Below are positions 14,101 through 24,115 of a DNA stretch of 64,000 nucleotides, piece by piece. Source of the stretch: Geosiphon pyriformis uo1 (Eukaryota; Fungi; Glomeromycota); contig JAAOMT010000276.1 in assembly GCA_016748015.1 (NCBI GenBank), positions 186,001-250,000 of the forward strand. Reading direction: 5' to 3'. Positions within the stretch are counted from its first letter, which is position 1, and each line of letters starts with the position of its first letter. The position numbers were made by a program, and so were the translations under genes. The notes under the pieces are model-generated. The model had not been told where the DNA came from. It saw only the letters and a list, made by a program, of their open reading frames with translations, and did not search any database.

Positions 14101-16943
14101 AATATAAGGACTGCTGCAAGAAACTATTGTCAATGGGAGCCTGCATTTCACCTGAAGAAGAATATGAAAATCATACTTGTTATTACTACAAGGCTTGCCA
14201 CAGAAAACGATGAGGCCATCTAATAAAAAGAAGCGGAAAATGGGATAACACACCTTGTTTGACTTGTGGAGATATGCTACCAAAAGAATGCAATTGGATT
14301 GATGTAGCAATGGCTTTAATCAATGGAGCCACTCAAGAAAATGTTTGTCAAATGAAAGAATCAGAATACATTGCATATATTTTTGAAATCGCTGGATACA
14401 ACTATGAAGATGAAGTAGAAGTATATCACCAAATTGCCAGTCATACTTATCTGACCAAAAAAGCTCAAGCTCAACAGCTAGAGCAAATAAACGTTAAATT
14501 GTGTGAAAAATGCATAATGCCCTGTGATGAGCAATGGTGCCCTGAATGCTATGCTCTTAGCATTCCCTTACCCAGTGAAAACGATGAAAACAAAATTGAA
14601 TTTGGAGAACCTGAAGCAACAGAAGAAATTGAAACAATACCTATCTATCTTATCAAAAGTCAATCTGCCTTACAACTCAAATACTTCAACAACAACAGAC
14701 AAGGAATAAAACCCGAAAAAGCACATAAAATTGATGCTGGATATGACCTAAGATAACCAGACAAAAATATTCTCGTTCTCAAACCCAAATCTCTCACAAA
14801 AATCAACCTCAAAATTGCACTCAAAATTCTGCCAGGAGCAATGGTTCAAATTGCCTCCCGGTCCTCTCTGGCAAGCAAAGGAATCAATGTTAAAGGAGGA
14901 ATAATCAATGCTGGATATACTAGAGACATTACAGTGATGCTTCAAAATGAAACTGACAAACCATTCAAGATTGACCATGCTGAAAAAATTGCCCAAGCTA
15001 TTTACCTACCCCTAATCAACATTTTGAATTTGCAACTAGTTAATCAAAGAGAACAATTAGGAAAAAGCAATAGAAGAACCCAAGGTTTTGGTTCAACTGG
15101 ACAATTCACAGTTTCAGTTAATATAGCTCTTATCACACAGAATAAATTCCACCAGATTCTCAGACTTCCACAACCAATTACCATCTCACCCTTTGGAGAA
15201 CATCTGGAAATTTACACCTGCCCAAAGCCAACAACCATACAACAAATTTTTGAGTCCAATGACCAAGTCTGCTTGGAACATAATATTTCGATCTCAAACA
15301 TTTATATTCCAGAAGGAACAAAGAAAGTCTGAGTTACTTTTTACAATCCCAACAATTACCCCATAGTTCTATTAAATAACTTAGAAATTGGAGTCATTCA
15401 CAGTAACATCTTTCAACAAGAACTACCCCAGACAGTTCCCAATTTTTTGGAAATTATTGGACATTCACTACCAAAAATCAACCCAAATCCTAGCTCTGAA
15501 AACTACTATGTTGTCATGGAAAAATTATCTCGAATCAACATGGGACAATTTGAACCACAACAACGGAGCCAGCTCAAAGAGCTAATTGCAAAATTTGCCA
15601 ATATCTTTGCTGAAAACAACAATGACTTAGGAAGAACCAATTTGGTCCAACACCAAATTTATACAGGAGATGCCAAACCAAGAAGACAATAAACATATCA
15701 AGTTGCTCCAGAAAGCCACCAATTCATCCGAGAAAAAGTACAATAAATGCTTAACAATGAGTTCATCCAACCCTCCATGAGTCCTTGGGCTTCACCTGTA
15801 GTGCTAGTTAAAAAAAAAAATAGAAAGATATGATTTTGTGTTGACTATCAACAACTCAACAGTGTTACAATTGGAGATGCCTACCCTCTTCTCTGAATTG
15901 ATAACATGTTAAATGCCCTTGGAAAATCCAAATACTTTTCAACACTAGATTTAGAAAGCGGTTACTGGCAAGTTGCTATGGATCCCAAAGATCATCCCAA
16001 AACAGCATTTACCATCCAAGATAGAAATTACGAGTTCAATGTAATGTTTTTTGGATTATGCAATGCACCAGCAACGTTTCAGAGATTAATGGATGTTGTG
16101 TACCAAGAACTCCTTTGGAAGTCAGTAGTCATTTACCTTGATGATACTGATGTTTATTTTCTATTGTTCAAATTACACTTAAAACACCTGTGAGAAGTTT
16201 TTCAACGATTATGAAAAGCAGGACTAAAACTCAACATCGAAAAATGCTACTTTGAAAAAACAAGCTTGGCCTTCCTTGGTCATATCATTAGTAAAGATAG
16301 AATCAAACTGGACCCAGGAAAAATCAGTGCTGTCAAAAACTTCAAAACTCTTCGAAACACTACAGAACTAAGAGGATTTATAGGGTTAGCCTCCTACTAT
16401 CGGAAGTTTATCAAAAGATTCTCAGAAATCACAAAACCTCTCAACCAGCTTACCACCAAAAATGTCAAATACAAATGGACTACTGAATGCCAAAATGCAT
16501 TTGAAATCCTCAAAGAAAAACTAACAACAGCTCCAATTCTTGCCTGCTCAGATTTCAGCAATCGATTCCGATTAGCAACAGATGCCTCTTATACTGCCTT
16601 TGATGCTATCCTATCACAATTGGATGACAATGGAAATGAGTGAGTAATCGCCTATGCCAGCAGAACATTAAAACCAGCTGAGAAAAATTATCCTACCACA
16701 GAACCAGAAACAACAGCCGTAATCTGGGCCCTATACCACTTCAATCTTTATCTCAGGCCTAAAAAATTCGATATTATCACTGATAATATTGGACTCAAAT
16801 GGCTTCAGAACAAAAATACTTAGCTGAATGCAAAACAAATTCAATGGACAAGATTTCTAGCAAACTATCAATACATAGTACATCACAAACCAGGAAAACT
16901 CCACATCAATGTTGACTGTCTCTTTAGAATGAGACAAGATTAG
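11181..16943 (+). pseudogene. Element A Gag-PR-Cys-rich-dUTPase-RT-RNase H polyprotein, single frame with nonsense stops
   Basis: All ORF-track pieces fall in one frame. CHYCGIPGH..RYC knuckle; LILDNGS protease; dUTPase AGYDL/SRSS/GIINAGY/RRTQGFGSTG (~14680-15100); RT DLESGYWQ, FGLCNAPATFQR, YLDD; RH TDAS...NVDCLFR. Confidence 0.92.
12618..12637. other. Assembly gap (20 N) flanked by a ~280-bp duplicated gag segment
   Basis: About 12340-12617 is repeated at 12638-12914 on the other side of the N run. Confidence 0.9.
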
Positions 16944-16994
16944 AAAACACAAAAACCAACACTCAATTTAACCAACCAAAACAGCCAACAAACA

Positions 16995-18380
16995 ATGAAT
17001 TCAGAAAACTACAACAATTTCAAACAATATTTGAAAACATTAACCATCCCAACAGATTGGTCTCCAGATGAAAAACATTGACTACAACAACAAGCCAAAC
17101 AATATTTTCTACATAACAACATTATTTATTATTAAAATTTCAAAAACTCAGACAAACCACTCAGATTAATACAAGAACAGAAAAAAGAGACTATATTATA
17201 CAACATGCACTCAGATTCTTCATCAGCACACTTTGGAAAAGATAGCACCACCCAAAGAACACTAGAATACTACTTTTGGTCTTGAATGAGAAAAAACATT
17301 CACGAATATGTCAAATCTTGTGATAGTTGTCAAAAAAAAGAAGGAAAACGTCCTACTGAACTATTAAATCCAATCAAAGTTGGAAAACCCTTTGACCGAA
17401 TTGGTATCAATTTAGTCAGACCACTATCTATCACCATTCAAGGAAACCATTATATTGCAGTAGCTGTAGACTATCTTACTAAATGGCCTAAAGCCAGAGC
17501 CATTCAACGAGCAGATGCGAAATAAGTAGCAAATTTCATCTATGAAGACATCATTTGTAGACATGGATGTTCAATTAAACTTTTATCCGATCAGAGAACA
17601 TACTTTGTAAACAACCTGATACAAGAAATTTGCAAACAATTCAATGTCAAAAGACTGCTGTCTTTGCCCTACCATCCACAAACAAACGGACTTGTGAAAC
17701 GTTTTAACAGAACATTGTGTGAGTCATTAGCCAAAATCTCAACCAATTTTGAGCAAAAGTGAGATATCTTTATTCCATCAGTGTTACTAGCATATAGAAC
17801 ACTAAAACAAGATACCACAAAACACACACCATTTGATTTAACTTATGGAAGGACAGCAACATTACCAATTAGTTTTACAGTAGAAACATACCCAGCACAA
17901 CCAATCAATAAAAACTATTTCCAGAAAACACTACAACGAAGAGCCTACATTCTGCTTAGCACATTGAAAGGAAAACAACGAATAGCAGCAACTCATATTG
18001 AACATTCTCAAGCTCAACAAAAAGAAAGACATGACAACAAATTACCATCTATTACCAATAAATTTAAAGTTAGAAATAAAGTTTTCTTACACAAAACTAA
18101 AGCTGAAAAACAATGGAATGGAAAATTTGAAAATAAATGGGATGGACCATTCTTTATCCATGAAATTCTAGGCAACGGATCATACAAGCTAAGACTTGAT
18201 GACAAAATCCTAGCAAAAGTTGCACATAGAGATCGTTTGAAACACTATAATTCCAGAAACAATCCTGAACCATTAGTTCCACAAATTGGCATACATTCTC
18301 CTTTAATCAATCCTGAAGATATTCTCTGGAATTTAGAACCAATAATTGTCATTGAACAACCTCCCAACTTGAACACTTAA
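16995..18380 (+). pseudogene. Element A integrase (HHCC, DDE core, GPF/SH3-like C-terminus, no chromodomain)
   Basis: ATG MNSENYNNFKQYL; HSD...HFG...CDSC; RIGINLV, VDYLTKW, SDQ, YHPQTNGLV; KWDGPFFI; tail LEPIIVIE. Confidence 0.88.
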
Positions 18381-18497
18381 TTTAAATTTATCATTATAGT
18401 TATATCATTATAATTTAGAAACAATCTTACAAAAACAAAACAAAAATAACATAAAAACCCATACACCAAAAATAATTTTCTTTTCAAATCTCTTATA

Positions 18498-19174
18498 ATA
18501 ACTATTCCTCAAAACATTCAACAATTATCCCAAAAACTAATATTAGCTTTAAAAACAATACCCGAATTATCTATTACTGTTATTGAAAACCACATTAATT
18601 ATACCCAAACAGAAGTAGTCACAAATTTAGCCCCAAATTCACGAAAATATCACCCATATAAGAAGAACACAAGAAGTTATTCTGGAATTCACCTGCCAGA
18701 ACTTTTAAAGCTTGCTTTAAGAGAAAATTTAATGTTCACTCCTATTAGTATTCTACCAAATGCTACTATTCAACAAAAACTTCAACTGTGTCTTAATAAA
18801 GAGAACCATGACTATACTCCAATATATAGATATTTCTACATTGAAAAAACACTTCACGAATGAAAACAAAAGCTTACAGCAGCAAACCTCACAAAAGAAG
18901 CTATTCAAAAACAACTTCACAACAAATTTAAAACAACAGCTGGACCTACAAACAGTTGCTATAAACTAAGAGCTGCTTTTAGACTTTATGACCTATTCCA
19001 CACCTGTAAAAACGTCCTACAAAACCCAATTTTACAACCTTTGAAGATTCAATACATCAGAAAGCTTACAGAACTGAAATTTCAACAATTTTCAGACCAA
19101 ATTTCTTCAATAATTTTGGATTATTATCTGGAAATTACAGACAGTACTTGGACTTCAATGGAGTTCAGTCTTGA
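18498..19174 (+). pseudogene. Element A ORF3, unknown soluble protein in the env position
   Basis: Hand translation from ATA (probably a former ATG): TIPQNIQQLSQKL...YRYFYIEKTL...TKEAIQKQ...LRAAFRLYDLFHTCKNVL...IQYIRKLTELKF. One internal TGA. Homologous to element B ORF3. Confidence 0.75.
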
Positions 19175-19182
19175 GGAGAAGG
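19173..19182 (+). promoter_or_regulatory. Polypurine tract of element A
   Basis: GAGGAGAAGG ends 3 nt before the 3' LTR. Confidence 0.8.
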
Positions 19183-19185
19183 TTA

Positions 19186-20147
19186 TATTACCAGATAAAA
19201 TTAGAAATATTGTTTAGCATGAAATTACCCTTATAAATCTTATCATTAATTAGCATATATTATTGTTTCAAATTATCACTTATTACAGTAGCAAAATATA
19301 TCCAAAATTATCATTTAATTAATAACCCAATTTGTACATAACACAAATGTAACCTAATTGTGATGATCAATCATGCAATACCCCAAACTATGTAACATTT
19401 AAAAAGTTCGCCGAAATTTGTAAGAAATTCGCTGAAATAATTGATAGTTCGCAGAAATAACTTGTAGTTCACCGAAATGTATCTTTAGTTCAGCAAAATT
19501 ATAGAAAATAGCAAAGTTCAAGTTCATAGAATAGTGTTATGACAAGTTGTATAAAAGAAGAGCTTCTCTCTTCGAGAAAATATATCTTACTTTAGATTTA
19601 TCTCTTAAAACTATTCCTATACACACAAAAAGAAATAAACATCAAATAATTTGAAAAACCACATTTTTTAATTATTGTACCTGGAAAATTCCCAAAACCC
19701 AACTAACATTTCGAAATTGATTAGCTACCAATTTCAGTAAACTGTTAGTGACTCCAGGCCTGGATAGAAAACGTTTCCTTTGACAAAATTCTATTTCTTT
19801 TACATTTCTTTTATTTTTCTTTTATTTTCTTATTATAATCATTAGGGTAGCCTACAGACGAGATTCCTGTAGAAGAGTTGACTTTCACAGCAAAGTAACT
19901 ACACATTTTAGTGAGCTTTCAGATGAGCAATTCCTGGAAAAGAGTTGACATTTACTACAATGTAACTACACAAAGTAACTGGCATGGAATTGGCCATTTT
20001 ACTTATAAGTCCAGCAGTTCAAATTATAGGAGATAATTTGAAGATAAATTCAGTTACTGGAGGTTCAACCACATTCAGAAAACGTGAATTCACAGCAAAC
20101 AGATATCAACAACAATTAAAAAAAGAGACCAAAAACCTCCAGTAACA
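19186..20147 (+). repeat. 3' LTR of element A (962 bp)
   Basis: Direct repeat of 10155-11135, lacking one ~20-bp U3 repeat unit. Confidence 0.95.
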
Positions 20148-22246
20148 CTAACAAGCTGAAATCAATCATCACTCTGTTAACTCTATCTTTGTGAATGTTT
20201 CCAAAAAACCCAATAAACCTCTTACACATTTTGATGTGCCACAAACTAGCTCTCAGTAAGGCCAACCAACAGAATTATATGCCTTCCACATATTCTGCAA
20301 AACCAACCAAATTTCTCTATTTTTTTTAAGAGTATTCTCCACAACTGAACCAATCGCAAACACCAGAGATTGTGTAAAAGTATCTTGGAACACCAATAAA
20401 TTATCATCCTAGAGAACACCAAACTTATTACAAGCCAAAAAGATGCGATCAGACAAAATCTTAGACAAAATCTTCCTGGCAGTCTCAATTAGAGCAATAG
20501 GTCGAGTGTTTGTAAGAACCCTATTCTAATCATGAGGCTTAAGAATCATTAAGACCCACACCCTTTTCCACAAAGCAGGCACTATGCCAACAAATAAGCA
20601 TATATTCAGCAATACCAAAAGACATTCCAACATCTCACCACAACCATGTTTCCAAAATTCATTGGGAATGCCAGACAAGTCAGCAGCTTTGTCATCAGGC
20701 AGACCATTAGTAATTAAAAGTAATTCACCCATGCTAATCACACTTATCACACCAGAAAAAGCATCATCCCTAACATAGTTCAAAAGTGCATACTGATGAA
20801 TCCAGAGATCAGACAGCACCATAAGCATTACATGCTTTCATGTCCAACTCTTCATAATCTTGTCAACACTTGACCTGATCTCCTCTAGCTCCAATATCAA
20901 CTTATCATCAACCACCAAGTGATCCAACACCACCTTTCAAAATGGCCAATCCAGAACACTTCTAATTATACTCCCCTTGTTTGAGCAAAACCATTTCATA
21001 CACTTCTTAATAGCTTTTCTAATAGTAGTCTCTTGTAGCAACTTTGACTCATACATCTTGGATTTTCTGTACCCCTTTCTGACAAGCAACAAATAACTTA
21101 AAAGGTCCTTCACTTTTTGGCCACCACAAACTATGTCCTCTAGAATGAGAGCTTTACCAGCATCTAGAGCCGACCATTTCCTTATGAAACAATTGAAACC
21201 AGAAGCATTAGCAGAGGTCAGACATTTGATTATCTTGGCAGCCAGCAATTCCAAACCCAGGAACTTAGAAGAATGTTTATTTTTTGAGCACTGAAAATTA
21301 CAGAACCAATGTCTGGAAAATATCTTATCTGCAGAATCCACCACCATCTTTTTTAGCAAAGACTACATAGCATCCAAATTAAAACCAGCAGCAGTGCCAA
21401 GGAACCTTTCCTTTACCTCCAACATCTTAGCAGAGGAACATTCCTTAAAATAGGACTACCCAACACCATCAGCATCCTTGATCCTAAACTTCCAATGATC
21501 CCTGTTGGTCTGCTTATGCAGACCATTCAGCCAAACATCTAAGAGCCCATTCAGACCAACTAAAACCATGACAGATTTGTGATCCGTATCGAAAAAATCA
21601 GAAACAGAATTGACACAATGTTTTACAACAACAAAAGATAGAATCCCACTAACAAGAATAAAATCAATTATCTTTTCTACCTCCCTAGAATTGTTCCATG
21701 TAACTGCTTTGACCAAAGAGTGTTCAGCAAACAAATTAACTAAACTCAAACCCAAACAGAACTTAAAATTCACACTTCTCCCAGAATTATTCTTGTTGAA
21801 ATTACCATCCAGAACAACAAAAGTGCTGGAGTTAACAGCCTTAGCAATAAAAAAATTCACTGTAGAAGCCTGAGCAAACCTAGTTCCAGAAGAAATGCCA
21901 GCATACAAACCCAGAATTGTAACTGAAAGCTTGCCTTTAAACAAAAGCTGAATCAAAATCAAATAATCAGGAACCTTCTTGACCCTAAAAACATGGCAAG
22001 CCAGAGAGATGTTCATAATCACAGTAACACCAGCACCGAGATAACCAATATCCAACTCAGAAGTAAAAATCCAAATCTCATTAAATTTGTCTTTGATCTA
22101 TGATCTGGAAAAAGACCTCAATTTTGTCTCAGCAATAAAGAAAACCATATTCCCAGAACTCACATGCCAACAAACAATGTTTGCTTGTTTTGCAGAGACA
22201 TTGACACCCTGACCATTACACGTAGCAAATTTTTAGATCAGACCAC

Positions 22247-24115
22247 TTATTGGAATAATGGATTTAGGGACAAACTAGAACCAGAACACAAGAGATCTAA
22301 TCTCATTATGATTAAACCGAATAAAGCCTCCAGAGCAGACATTTTGGACTCCAAACTGCCCACCTTGGAAGTGAGAACCTTTGAACCACTCGAACTAAGA
22401 CCATTCGCAAACTTACCACCACTTAAAAAAAGGAGAGCAGGCGAAGCTAACATACTATCCAGAGCCATATTCAAATCCACAACCAGAGCCAAAGGCACAG
22501 AAACAGCCAAAGGAGAAGCACAAAGTGGAGATGCCAATGGCACCAGTTCAACAAAACTCAATTTTTTAAGAATGACAGAAACTTGATCTGATAGAATTTC
22601 CAAAGAGTGCTTTAAAACTGCCAAATGATCATCCAATCCATCGTCTTGAAAACCAAAAGAACCCAAAGAGAAAGGCAGACCACCAGAAAGCAAACTGGAA
22701 CCAAAAGAGAAGCCACCAGAAGAGGAGTCAAAAAACACTACTTGAGCTCATGATTTGCCACCAAAAGCAGCAGGGCGAGAGATAGGAACCCTTTTTTTTG
22801 CATACAACTTGGCCAAGCAAAAACAATTGAAACCAGAGACAGACTTTTTGAATAGACTTAAGAGTTCAAAAGACAATACTACCAACACATCACACTCCAG
22901 TGTCAAATGGCCAAAACACCCATATTTCTCACATTTAACCAAATCCAATCTGGCCCATGAGAGTCGCACACCACCAAAAATAGGCTCAGTATGAAAGGCA
23001 GTATCCAAATCCTCTTCAGACTTAAAGCTAACCACAGTACAATGAACCCTATTACCAGTATCCAAAAATTGATTAATGATACAGGTTTTTCCACCAGCCC
23101 CATTCAGAAGAGTACTAAGATCGTGTGCAGTCATTTCCACTGGCAAAGTAAACAAAAGTGCTCTAAACTGATTTCTCAATGCCCATGTATCACAATCTCT
23201 CACAGTCTTGGCCACATATACTGAATTTTTTCTGATCAGAAAAGATCATTTTGAGGCCAACAGATTGGCCTGCCTTGATTCATTGAATTCTATCACAGCC
23301 TTTTGCCATATCTCAATTAACTGAATTTTGATCAACTTAATTTGCCCAAACTTGGAAACTGCAGCGACGATCATATCTTTAGGCATGTCCATGAGAATTT
23401 TCTTAATTACCACAGCCTGATCTGAACGAATTTCTTGTTTCTTAAAATCGCTGTTTATGTTGATCTCATTTTCACCAGCCAATAAAACAGCCTTCTTCAT
23501 GCTATCCTTTGATATAAATGTTGATCTGATGATCCCCTTAAATTTTAAGAGAGTAGTGGCCCCCCCAAAATCATTGATTTTTGAAAAAATTTTTCTGATG
23601 AATTGAGTTTTTTGTCTAGCCAATTTTCCATTCACAGCCAAAAGATTGATGTCTAAAGCAAATGATTTCTTAACTGACACCTCTACAGGAGTTTTGATGA
23701 TCTTGGGATCAATCCAAATCTTATTCAAAGGAATCTTTTTCTTAAGAAGAGGCAGAAGGAGCTTCACCTTTTCATCTATTTCAAAGTCAGGAGAACCAAT
23801 AAGAAAACCGAAATTTGCTCTTGTATTCACTTATTTAGCCTTGGGAGTGTTAACAGCTAAATCCAAGAGAGAACCATCAAAACCACCAGACATACTAACA
23901 TCTTTATCATCACCAGATAAGCTCTTTACATCAAAATATACACAAGCACCAGAACCAGACTTCAAAGAAATATCCTTTTTATTATCAGAGTGTTTAACAT
24001 TTCCAAGAGAAGCCTTCTTTCTTTGTGAAAAAGAACCACCAGTAGGACCATAAAACACGTCCTTAGGAGCCTTCTTATTAGACATACTACCACTAGAGAC
24101 AGTCTCCAAATCCAC
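22247..24115 (-). pseudogene. LINE ORF1: two RRM-like domains and a CCHC knuckle, one frame with nonsense stops
   Basis: Four ORF-track pieces share one frame: VVIKKILMDMPKDMIVAAVSKFGQIKLIKIQL..WQKAVIEF (RRM), ALLFTLPVEMTAHDL (RRM2), CEKYGCFGHLTLEC (decayed CX2CX4HX4C). Confidence 0.8.

Larger units (their letters stand above)
10155..20147 (+). mobile_element. Full-length Ty3/Gypsy-type LTR retrotransposon A (dUTPase-bearing, extra 3' ORF)
   Basis: LTRs 10155-11135 and 19186-20147 with TGTTAC...GTAACA ends (3' LTR TG mutated to TA). 4-bp TSD CTGA/CTAA. PBS and PPT present. Domain order PR-RT-RH-IN. Confidence 0.95.
7564..22250 (-). pseudogene. LINE ORF2: APE endonuclease, RT, RNase H, Zn finger (split by Gypsy A)
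   Basis: APE: KFATCN..GVN...ETKL, GNFN, IDFILVS, TDHK. RT motifs present. RNase H: VYTDES..STLAELQA..NSQAA..WVKVKGHSGILGNVKTDLA. Zn finger: CLLCGEVE....AFTC. Confidence 0.88.
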
